In this document: positions 29,715 to 38,129 of the stretch, piece after piece
Layout: each line of letters begins with the position of its first letter
How positions within the stretch are numbered: position 1 is the first letter of the stretch
Virus record (IMG/VR): IMGVR_UViG_3300047546_001496
Location: 31,379-95,378 of that record
Strand: one strand, 5' to 3'
DNA: 64,000 bases
From: a virus
Notes under the pieces: generated by a model
The model's database searches: none
The model's input: only the letters and a program-made list of their open reading frames with translations
What the model was told of the DNA's origin: nothing
Translations under genes and position numbers: made by a program

Positions 29715-30428
29715 ATGCTAAAACGCTCTATGGATAGGAAGGTGACTAATGCAGTCTCAAAAAATGGAAAGACCCCAACAATTGCCAACACTTTTGGATT
29801 ACCTGCTGGTAAAGATTTCTCGTGCCCTGGTGCCACCCCAACTTGTACAACTATTTGTTATGCAGGAAAACTCGAAAAAGTCTATAAAGGAGTAAAGGCA
29901 GTATTACTCCATAACTGGGAATTACTTAAAGACGCTAATCAAGAAACGATGATTAGTTTATTGTCTGACATGATTGCAGACTTTAGAAAAGATTGTGAAA
30001 AGAAAAATGCACCCTTACTATTTCGTATTCACTGGGATGGGGATTTCTTCTCTGATACCTATACCAATGCATGGAAAATAGTAATTCTAAATAATCCTGA
30101 CATTAAGTTTTGGGTTTATACTCGTGTACCTAGTGCAGCGACAATTCTTAATAAGATAGATAATCTATCTCTCTATTTCTCTACTGATAAAGATAACACC
30201 GAAAACGCTAAAAGTGTAAATGCGCTAGGTGTACGCCTTGCATACCTTGCAGATACTTTCGCAATAGGTCAAGCAGACTTAAAGGCTATGATTGGTAAGG
30301 TAGGCGCAAAGTGTCCTGAGAATAAAAAGGCTATTCCCTTAATTGACAAAGACGGCTCTGCCTGTGTAAAATGTAGTCTATGCGTAGATAATAAGGCAGA
30401 CATAGTATTTAGCGCAAAGAAAAGGTAG
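29715..30428 (+). CDS. Gene-product-88-like Fe-S (radical-SAM-like) protein
   Basis: FGLPAG..SCPGAT..C...CYA, FRIHWDGDF, WVYTR, C..C..C. Confidence 0.75.
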   Translation: MLKRSMDRKVTNAVSKNGKTPTIANTFGLPAGKDFSCPGATPTCTTICYAGKLEKVYKGVKAVLLHNWELLKDANQETMISLLSDMIADFRKDCEKKNAPLLFRIHWDGDFFSDTYTNAWKIVILNNPDIKFWVYTRVPSAATILNKIDNLSLYFSTDKDNTENAKSVNALGVRLAYLADTFAIGQADLKAMIGKVGAKCPENKKAIPLIDKDGSACVKCSLCVDNKADIVFSAKKR

Positions 30429-30603
30429 GCTATGAGATCTGAGTATTGGATAATAATAGGGTTATTACTATTTACCCTCTCAATGTGGGGGAGTAATGGG
30501 CTATAAATCTCAAAATGTGAGATTTTTAGATTTGGACTTGACAACCAATAAAATAAATGTCATAATAAATACAAGAAATACCAACCTAACGAAAGGAAAC
30601 AAA

Positions 30604-30771
30604 ATGGCAGTAAATACCGCAACATACAAGGTAGGCGACCTCTACACCTCACAGAAATCAAAGGTTACAGGCACTATCACAGAAATCAAGCCAAACAAAG
30701 ACGGAAACTCCGTTCGTGTCAAACTTGATGTAAATGGCTCACCTCGCTGGACAACTTGGACAGCGAAGTAA
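30604..30771 (+). CDS. Small beta-barrel hypothetical protein
   Basis: TY.VGDL.T..K...TG.I; paralog of 31399..31566. Confidence 0.7.
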   Translation: MAVNTATYKVGDLYTSQKSKVTGTITEIKPNKDGNSVRVKLDVNGSPRWTTWTAK

Positions 30772-30786
30772 TTTAGCAAACGCTAA

Positions 30787-30818
30787 CCTGTCCTGAGCAT
30801 GACAAGGCTAAACTGCTC
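30787..30818 (+). ncRNA. Mini-pseudoknot motif, copy 1
   Basis: TGTC-CTGAGCAT-GACA-aggctaaac-TGCTC. Confidence 0.7.
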
Positions 30819-30886
30819 ACTTGATTTTTAGCACTAAAAATGCTAAACTATAAATAACCCAAAAACCCAAACGAAAGGATAAACAA

Positions 30887-31309
30887 ATGGCTAGAAATGG
30901 CAAAGCGATAAATGTAAAAATCGCTACAACTAAAGTAGTCAAGGCACTAGAAAGTGCGTTGGCTAAGTTAGATAAAGACTTCGCTTCACAAGAGGCGAAC
31001 GAGGCAAAGCACGACAAAGCAGTAAAGGCATGGAATAAAGAGGTTGCCAAACTTGCTATGGGTGCTATCAACAAGGCAGAGGATTTATCTGCTCATACAA
31101 GATACAATGGCGAAATCCAAGTATCTTTCTCACTACCTAAAGGTTCTATTGAAATCCCTGCTGAACCTAAGAAAGACTACAACTCTATCCATGAGTGGCA
31201 GTATCGTGAGCAAAAAGAGGAAATTGAGAACGCAATTCGTATTCTCAAGATGACAGATGAGGAAGTAGTTTCTACTTCTACTTACAACGCTATCGCAAGA
31301 TACTTGTAA
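30887..31309 (+). CDS. Hypothetical protein
   Basis: Own promoter and GAAAGGA RBS. Confidence 0.7.
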   Translation: MARNGKAINVKIATTKVVKALESALAKLDKDFASQEANEAKHDKAVKAWNKEVAKLAMGAINKAEDLSAHTRYNGEIQVSFSLPKGSIEIPAEPKKDYNSIHEWQYREQKEEIENAIRILKMTDEEVVSTSTYNAIARYL

Positions 31310-31398
31310 TTAGATAGGCAGGGGAGGGTATTTGACTTCCCTGCCAAAATCTAGTAAAATAATAATAAGACCCAATAAACAGAAAGGCAAGAAAAAAA

Positions 31399-31566
31399 AT
31401 GACATTAGGCGGATACACTTACCAAATCGGTGATTTATTCACAACAAGCAAAACAGGAATTACAGGTCGTATTGAGAAGTTCGTTCCAATGCGTCACAAT
31501 GTAACAAAGGTAATGCTTCGCTTGGCAAATAATCAAACTCGATTTGCTATGGTAAAGACATACTAA
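31399..31566 (+). CDS. Small beta-barrel hypothetical protein
   Basis: Paralog of 30604..30771. Confidence 0.7.
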   Translation: MTLGGYTYQIGDLFTTSKTGITGRIEKFVPMRHNVTKVMLRLANNQTRFAMVKTY

Positions 31567-31635
31567 GTTTCTTTCCTGATAAGCCCCGCTAAAAAATGAA
31601 GTGGCGAAAGTCCTTGCGGGTATTCCTGGAAAGAT

Positions 31636-31662
31636 CATCCTGAGCATGATGTAAAACTGCTC
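31636..31662 (+). ncRNA. Mini-pseudoknot motif, copy 2
   Basis: CATC-CTGAGCAT-GATG-taaaac-TGCTC. Confidence 0.7.
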
Positions 31663-31791
31663 CACCTCCAAAAACCCCACGTGGGCCTGTGATCTTTATC
31701 ACACCGACACGCCATAAATTTTTAAGACTGGACTTGTATTTTCCCCTATTTTTTGCTAGACTTGTTACAAGACCCAAAGAAAGGAAACAAA

Positions 31792-32067
31792 ATGATAGCG
31801 ACAATGCTAGGACTACAAAATGCAACACAGGAAGCGGTTCATGACCCAATTATAATGAACATGGCTTCTGCTATTTATCATCACAAAGACGAAATGTCAT
31901 CAGAGGAATTTGCTAGGGCTTTATTTGAATACTCTGCTGCTCTTTCATCTATGACAACAACTCTCGTGACCCATGTATTATTGACACAAGAACAATTAGA
32001 TGTTATGCTAGATACTATTAGAGAATTTGATGAACTAGGAAAGGACATCTCAAATGGAAACGAATAA
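31792..32067 (+). CDS. Hypothetical protein
   Basis: GAAAGG RBS and promoter. Confidence 0.65.
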   Translation: MIATMLGLQNATQEAVHDPIIMNMASAIYHHKDEMSSEEFARALFEYSAALSSMTTTLVTHVLLTQEQLDVMLDTIREFDELGKDISNGNE

Positions 32068-32506
32068 TGAAACCGTGGCTCCAGTCCACTACAACCCAAA
32101 TCAATTGGTAACCTATAAAGTTATTGATTTAGATGCAACGGACCAAACCGTACAGTACCCAACTATCAAAGTTGTAGACCTTGAATGGGAACTTGAACAG
32201 GGCCGTCGTAAGTCGAAGAGGCTGAATGAATACGTAGAAAAAGTTGGCCATGTAGAAAATAGACTGGCTGATTATTTAGAAATGGACGCAGAAGACATTG
32301 TCTCTGAACTATGCAATATTTTTGGATTCAATCCAACCAAGGAAATTGAATTTGAAGCAACCGCAACAATTACTGGAAGGGTTAGTGTTCCACTAGCGGA
32401 CCTATCAACATTTGACATTGAAGATATCGATTTGACTGTTTATGCAGATTCGCATTCACATGATGTTGATGTTGATGTAGAAGTTGACAACATCTCAATG
32501 CTATAA
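32054..32506 (+). CDS. Acidic hypothetical protein
   Basis: AAGGA RBS. Confidence 0.65.
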   Translation: METNNETVAPVHYNPNQLVTYKVIDLDATDQTVQYPTIKVVDLEWELEQGRRKSKRLNEYVEKVGHVENRLADYLEMDAEDIVSELCNIFGFNPTKEIEFEATATITGRVSVPLADLSTFDIEDIDLTVYADSHSHDVDVDVEVDNISML

Positions 32507-32510
32507 AAAT

Positions 32511-32612
32511 TTGCGGGGTTCATGAAAGGCCCCGCAATGTATGCAGCATCCCTCTTTCATCCTTTCTTTCAGGGATCTGCAAGGGACCTGAGCATGTCCA
32601 TGTAAACTGCTC
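32511..32612 (+). ncRNA. Candidate sRNA: two hairpins (anti-SD loop) plus mini-pseudoknot copy 3 (32584-32612)
   Basis: Two strong stems; GGAC-CTGAGCAT-GTCC-atgtaaac-TGCTC. Confidence 0.6.
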
Positions 32613-32755
32613 CCTCCAAAAATCCACGTCCCGCAAAGGGATTTTGTCAAGTTTACGGACAGTCTGGACAATTCGGACATTTTGCTTAACAGGATTTGCT
32701 TTTGTCGCTGGGTTGTGCTAAGATAGATTCTAAATGACCACAGAAAGGAAAAAAA

Positions 32756-33775
32756 ATGGCTCATGAATTAGAAACACAAAATGGTGTTGCTTCTTTTGCT
32801 TCTTTCAGAGAACCTGCTTGGCATGGCTTAGGCACAGTTTTCACAGAAGAAAAAAATACTAGCGAAATGCTAGTTGCTGCTAATCTAAATAATTGGAATG
32901 TTAGATTGGCTGATGTTGAAATTCCAAATACACTTACCTCAGACAAAAATTACTTTTTTGTAGTAAGAGATAATCCTACCGATAAATCACAAACAGATGT
33001 TCTTGGTGTTGTCGGTGAGCGTTATCATGTTTTACAGAATGAAGATTTATTCTCATTCGGTGATACTCTCCTAGATGGTGGTGGTCGTTGGGAAACTGCT
33101 GGCTCTATTCGTGGAGGTCGTGTTGTATTCGGCTCTCTTGCTCTTGAGCGTGAAACAGTATTAGACCCTAATGGTGTTGCGGATAAGGTAAAGACTTATC
33201 TTCTTATCAATACATCTCACGATGGTTCTATTGCTATTCAAGCATCTATCACGCCCGTTCGTGTTGTATGCGCTAACACTCTAAACCTTGCTCTTGGTGG
33301 CGTAGGTCGTAAGAAAAAAGGCGTAAAGCAATCTTTCAAGATTCGCCACACACAAACCGCTAATGGTAAAGTCCAAATTGCTCGTGAGGCTCTTGGTCTT
33401 GCTAATGCTTACATGGACGAATTCGATAAAATGGCTCATGCTATGATTCAACACGAAATCACAGCACAGCAATTTAACGATATTGTTCTTGCTGCTTATC
33501 CAAAGCCTGAAAGCGATAAGAAAATCGCACTCACCAAATGGACAAATAAAGTTGATACTATCAACGATATTTACACAGGTGAATTTAATGGCATGATTGC
33601 TGGTTCTGCTTGGGGTGCGTTCAATGCGCTAACCGAAAGATTAGATTGGCATCGTTCTGCTCGTGGTGGAAATAATGAGGCAATGCTTGCTGCTGCTTCT
33701 GGTTTTGACGCTACAATTACAGCAGAAAAAAATCGTTTGCTAAAAGTTGTAAAAGATGTTTTAGCAATAGCGTAA
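32756..33775 (+). CDS. DUF932 / TIGR03299-type phage-plasmid protein
   Basis: REPAWHGLG, ETAGS..GG.V, NTSHDGS, TPVRVVCANTL, IRHT. Confidence 0.85.
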   Translation: MAHELETQNGVASFASFREPAWHGLGTVFTEEKNTSEMLVAANLNNWNVRLADVEIPNTLTSDKNYFFVVRDNPTDKSQTDVLGVVGERYHVLQNEDLFSFGDTLLDGGGRWETAGSIRGGRVVFGSLALERETVLDPNGVADKVKTYLLINTSHDGSIAIQASITPVRVVCANTLNLALGGVGRKKKGVKQSFKIRHTQTANGKVQIAREALGLANAYMDEFDKMAHAMIQHEITAQQFNDIVLAAYPKPESDKKIALTKWTNKVDTINDIYTGEFNGMIAGSAWGAFNALTERLDWHRSARGGNNEAMLAAASGFDATITAEKNRLLKVVKDVLAIA

Positions 33776-33786
33776 ATAAATTCGCA

Positions 33787-33813
33787 ACTCCTGAGCACGA
33801 GTATAAACTGCTC
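33787..33813 (+). ncRNA. Mini-pseudoknot motif, copy 4
   Basis: ACTC-CTGAGCAC-GAGT-ataaac-TGCTC. Confidence 0.7.
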
Positions 33814-34287
33814 AAATTTTTTTTGCAATCGCTGATCTAAAATAAAAAATTGCAAAAAACCCCACGTGAATTCGGACATTTCGGACATAACATTTTTAGA
33901 AAATTTAATTACGAAGCGCTTGCTTTTTTCCCTGAATTTTGGTATGATTAATTCATGACTCAAACCTACAAACCTTACACCGTAAACGAACTCGTTATGG
34001 CTTTATGGGAAGATAACATGTCCCATTTTGAATTTATGGAATCCATGAATGGCGGGGACTGTGATTGTGCCCTGCATACTACTATGAATACTATCTATCC
34101 TTACTTATGACAGACATCGTACTTTCATGGTCTGATTTAGCAGATCTAACACATGAGACTCAGGTAGAATTATTTAATTTCTGTACCTGCGAAGACCCTG
34201 ATTATGATAAGCCATATTCTGACTGCCCTTGACATTCCCCTGCATTTTTGCTAAAATATAATTACGACCTAACAGAAAGGACCCATA

Positions 34288-34974
34288 ATGCCAAATTGGT
34301 GTTATAACTATCTATCCATAGAGGGTAGTGCAAAAGATATCTCCACTATCAAGGCTCAACTCAATACTCCATTTGAGGTAATGCATGACAACTGGAATTC
34401 TGAAACAAGACAAATGGAAAAGAAAATGTATAAATACTCTAAACCAGTATTTGCATTCTGGAACATTGTCAAACCCACAAACCTAAAAGCCTATAATGGT
34501 CCACAACCTGAAACAGATTTATCTAAAGGTGTTACTTTTGAATCAGACCATTGGTATGACTGGAATGTTCGCAATTGGGGAACTAAGTGGGATGTTGCTG
34601 TATCTGATGAAGAGAAGTATTCTGAGACTGAGTTGACTGATGAGGGTAAGAAGTTTCTTTCCTATCGTTTCAACACTGCTTGGTCCCCTCCTACTGAGGC
34701 AATAACAAAACTATCTGAACAATATCCTGATTTAGTTATTACTCTATCCTTTGAGGAAGAGACTGGTTGGGGTGGAGAGATAGTTTTTGAAAATGGCGAG
34801 GGTGCAGAAACAGAATCCTATGGCTGGAAGTGTAAAGAGTGCGACCATACAGAGGAAGAAACACCATTTTGTGAAGATTGTGACTTTGACACTTGCCCAA
34901 GTTGTGGATATAATGAAGCAGATGAGGCATGCGAACAACACAGAGAGGGACATAATGCACACTTATTTGCTTGA
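34288..34974 (+). CDS. DUF1281/Api92-like ferredoxin-like-fold protein with C-terminal Cys cluster
   Basis: MPNWCYN...WYDWN..NWGTKWD...FNTAWSPP. Confidence 0.8.
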   Translation: MPNWCYNYLSIEGSAKDISTIKAQLNTPFEVMHDNWNSETRQMEKKMYKYSKPVFAFWNIVKPTNLKAYNGPQPETDLSKGVTFESDHWYDWNVRNWGTKWDVAVSDEEKYSETELTDEGKKFLSYRFNTAWSPPTEAITKLSEQYPDLVITLSFEEETGWGGEIVFENGEGAETESYGWKCKECDHTEEETPFCEDCDFDTCPSCGYNEADEACEQHREGHNAHLFA

Positions 34975-35164
34975 ATATATGAAGGCACATCTAATTAGTT
35001 TAGAACAAGACCAAGAAGAGATAGAAAAACAAATGGAAAATTTAGATATGAATTCTAAAGAGTTCCTAGAGTTAGATTTTGAATTTAACTGGTTGGGTGG
35101 GCAGGCTATTGCTACCCGCCACTTTATAAAAATAGCAGAGGAGTATAATGGAACTGCAGCCTAG
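34955..35164 (+). CDS. Hypothetical protein
   Basis: GAGGGA RBS. Confidence 0.55.
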   Translation: MHTYLLEYMKAHLISLEQDQEEIEKQMENLDMNSKEFLELDFEFNWLGGQAIATRHFIKIAEEYNGTAA

Positions 35165-35417
35165 TCTACAGAGACAGGTGGACCATGGTTCATCTGGTCT
35201 TGATATATTACATGGTGCCCTTAAAGTTCTCATGGTGGACGCAGAAGATGAACTACGTATGGCCCAAGAGACCGAAGAGGCCAATGACTATGACGACGCT
35301 ATGGAATCTATGGAGCGTAAATACTGGGAGGGACAGGTAGACGCTCTTGCACATTTATATGAACTCACATATGCATTATCATTCGCTATAGCAGAAAGGG
35401 AAAGCAGCAATGCCTAA
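35148..35417 (+). CDS. Hypothetical protein
   Basis: GAGGAG RBS. Confidence 0.6.
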   Translation: MELQPSLQRQVDHGSSGLDILHGALKVLMVDAEDELRMAQETEEANDYDDAMESMERKYWEGQVDALAHLYELTYALSFAIAERESSNA

Positions 35418-35684
35418 TTACAGCATAGAGGTTATTCATGAGCCTACGGGTACATTTATGAACTTTACTGTCGATTCAGATCTAGAAGAGGACCAGGTTT
35501 GGAACGAGGTTTTGTCCGATTTGTCCGTAGTTGCTTTTTCAAAGGATAACTGATACAATGGCAATAAACCCTACAGAAAGGAAATAATAATGGCTATGGA
35601 ATACATTGACGGAGAACTAGTGTTCTTTGAGGATGAAGAAATAGATTTAATTGATGAAGAGCAAGATGAGGACGAGGAGTAATC

Positions 35685-36047
35685 GTGGGAGATAGAATCG
35701 TCTACACAATCAAACAAGATAATAATTTATCAGTTAACCTGTACAGCCACTGGGGTGGCAGCGATAGGTTTGAGTCCCTGGCGAATGCATTACATGCAGC
35801 AATGCCAAGGTGGAATGACACATCCTATGCAACACGCATTATCGTATCTCAGTTGATTGGCAACCAATGGGATGAGGAGACAGGCTTTGGTCTATGGGCC
35901 AGCAATAGTGACGGGGCATATGGAGGAGACCATCCAGATATCACTATTGATTTAATTAATAAGACTGTAGAAGATGAGACTGGCATTCATGACTTTGAAA
36001 GTTTTATTACTTATCATAAAGGCTTTGTGACGACGGTCACATCATAA
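35685..36047 (+). CDS. Conserved phage hypothetical protein
   Basis: MGDR...LYSHWGG...RWND.SY. Confidence 0.7.
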   Translation: MGDRIVYTIKQDNNLSVNLYSHWGGSDRFESLANALHAAMPRWNDTSYATRIIVSQLIGNQWDEETGFGLWASNSDGAYGGDHPDITIDLINKTVEDETGIHDFESFITYHKGFVTTVTS

Positions 36048-36140
36048 AGAGGGTTGGGTCCCCTCTATACGGGGGCGTGGGTTATCTTGCCAACTTGCGC
36101 CCCCTTCTAATTTTTGGTACAATCTATAGGAAGGAGCATA

Positions 36141-36395
36141 ATGTCTAGATATAGTGTTAGAAGGCCTACACATAATAAAGAATCAAGGGCAGCCGAGCAG
36201 ATTGCTAAGTTGCTTACACAAGACATGGCTCTTGACTTAGAGCGTGTTGGATATTATTTAGTCAGAAATCTTCCTAGAATTGTTTATCATCGCCTTGAAG
36301 TCATGGCCTTGTCAGCACAGGAAGAATCTGCTATACTTATGGGTGAGTATGAAAAGGATAGAGGCAGGGGAATAAGTTATGGACTTCGCAGATAA
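36141..36395 (+). CDS. Hypothetical protein
   Basis: AAGGAG RBS. Confidence 0.6.
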   Translation: MSRYSVRRPTHNKESRAAEQIAKLLTQDMALDLERVGYYLVRNLPRIVYHRLEVMALSAQEESAILMGEYEKDRGRGISYGLRR

Positions 36396-36705
36396 GACAG
36401 GTGTTCTGGCACAATGCTGGATCGACTTTAGAGATGATGACAACTTCAAGGAGTTCATCAAATACAACGACCTTGGGTTGCCAATGGCTTACATGATGGC
36501 GCAGGGACTAATAAATGAACTCACACCACTAGGCGAGGAATATATAACAGAATCTTTCAAGATGCTTATAGATATCCTAGATGTTAGTGAAGAAGATATT
36601 GACGCAGTCTTGCCTAATAAAGACCTTGGCGCTATCTTAGTATTTGCCTACAATAAAAAGCGCTTCAAAGAACTAGACGAAAAAAACAAGAACAAAGATA
36701 ATTAA
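36379..36705 (+). CDS. Hypothetical protein
   Basis: YNDLGLPMAY motif. Confidence 0.6.
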   Translation: MDFADKTGVLAQCWIDFRDDDNFKEFIKYNDLGLPMAYMMAQGLINELTPLGEEYITESFKMLIDILDVSEEDIDAVLPNKDLGAILVFAYNKKRFKELDEKNKNKDN

Positions 36706-36732
36706 GCGGGACGTGAATTCGGACATATGGTA

Positions 36733-37475
36733 CAAACCACCCAAACCATTATATCCAGATAGATTACGAACCAGAAGATTACGATCCCAAACCATATATC
36801 CCCAAACCTTATACCATAATATTTTTGGTTTGTCAAACCTTCAAACCATAGTGTATGATTGTATCTCTATGTATTCTATATAGGGTATTACGATCTCTTC
36901 TTTATTCCCCGCCGTTTTTTGGCGGGCTTCAAACCAGTGTTATAATGATTATATGAGTCCCCGTCACTTTGCTAAGATGTATCAAACTAAAAACCAACAC
37001 AGGCATGATCAACAATCTGATTGGGACTCGTTTACGAAAGACATGACGGTTTTGACGGGCATGTTGTATACAATTGCAAAGGCACCTCTCAAACCATTCA
37101 TCCCTGCATTCTACAAAACTGCGAGGGAAGTTAAAAAAGATTACGAACTCCTCTATAATCCCCCTAATGAAGAGTAACAAACCATATTTCCTGGTTTTCT
37201 GGTTTTTTAAAACCTTTTAAAAAGTATTACGAACTTATTCGAATTTTTCCTGGATTTTGGCAATTTTTCATCCAAAATCTATTACGAAGACACTTGACAA
37301 ACCATGGTTTTGGATGTATAATGCCAAACCTTTATACAATGGTTTGACAATATCGAGCAAATATGGTACAAGGGTTTGTCCGATATGATGGTTTGGGATA
37401 GATGGTTTGTCCAAAAGATTACGACGCCCCCTTTAAAAGCGCTCCATAACCCACTATCCTCCACTTTACTCCACT
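36733..37475. repeat. Iteron-like field of CAAACC/GGTTTG and ATTACGA repeats
   Basis: 11 CAAACC, 5 GGTTTG and 7 ATTACGA counted by eye in about 700 bp. Confidence 0.75.
36953..37177 (+). CDS. Hypothetical protein
   Basis: TGTTATAAT leaderless start, inside the repeat field. Confidence 0.45.
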   Translation: MSPRHFAKMYQTKNQHRHDQQSDWDSFTKDMTVLTGMLYTIAKAPLKPFIPAFYKTAREVKKDYELLYNPPNEE

Positions 37476-37543
37476 TTAACCCTATTCAATAATATAATCA
37501 GTAAGATTTATTTATGGATAACTATCTAGTGTATAATAAAAAC

Positions 37544-38110
37544 ATGAGTAAATTTATGGATCTTTGGCTGGGCACAGTTTATGATAAATTATCTAAAAGA
37601 GCAAATGCTTTTGACATAATAACATCAAAACTAGAAGAATTAAATAGACCAGTCATAATAATTGAAACTGGGTGTTCCAGATATGTAGATAGTTGGGAGG
37701 GTGATGGTAACTCCACTGTTATATGGGATAACTTTGTCTCTAATTTTGGCGGGGAAGTATATTCCGTAGATATTGACCCAAACCACACTGTATACGCTAA
37801 AGCCCTAGTAAGTGATAAAACCACTATAGTTACATCTGACTCTGTACAGTGGCTTAAGGGTCTAAGCCTAAATGCTGATTTACTCTATTTGGATTCATAT
37901 GACATTGATTGGAATAACCCAGAACCATCTATGAGACATCATGAGAATGAATTAATGGCCTCTATGCATATATTAAGGCCTGGATCTATAGTTGCAGTAG
38001 ACGATAACCTAGAAAATGTTGGTAAAGGCTATATAGTAGAACAAATAGCAAACCATTTAGGTTGGACTACTATAGTAGATGAGTATATTAAGGCTTGGGT
38101 AGTTATATAG
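37544..38110 (+). CDS. Class I SAM-dependent methyltransferase (Methyltransf_24-like)
   Basis: IIETG, SVDID, DSV.WL, DLLYLDS, VDD. Confidence 0.75.
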   Translation: MSKFMDLWLGTVYDKLSKRANAFDIITSKLEELNRPVIIIETGCSRYVDSWEGDGNSTVIWDNFVSNFGGEVYSVDIDPNHTVYAKALVSDKTTIVTSDSVQWLKGLSLNADLLYLDSYDIDWNNPEPSMRHHENELMASMHILRPGSIVAVDDNLENVGKGYIVEQIANHLGWTTIVDEYIKAWVVI

Positions 38111-38129
38111 GGGTTAGTGGGTATATTCT

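Noticed and set aside
30787-33813. Mini-pseudoknot as a preQ1-I or SAM-II riboswitch
   Set aside because: Lacks their conserved ligand-binding nucleotides, does not overlap an SD, and lies 3' of genes
37229-37244. LexA SOS box
   Set aside because: CGAACTTATTCG does not fit GAAC-N4-GTTC
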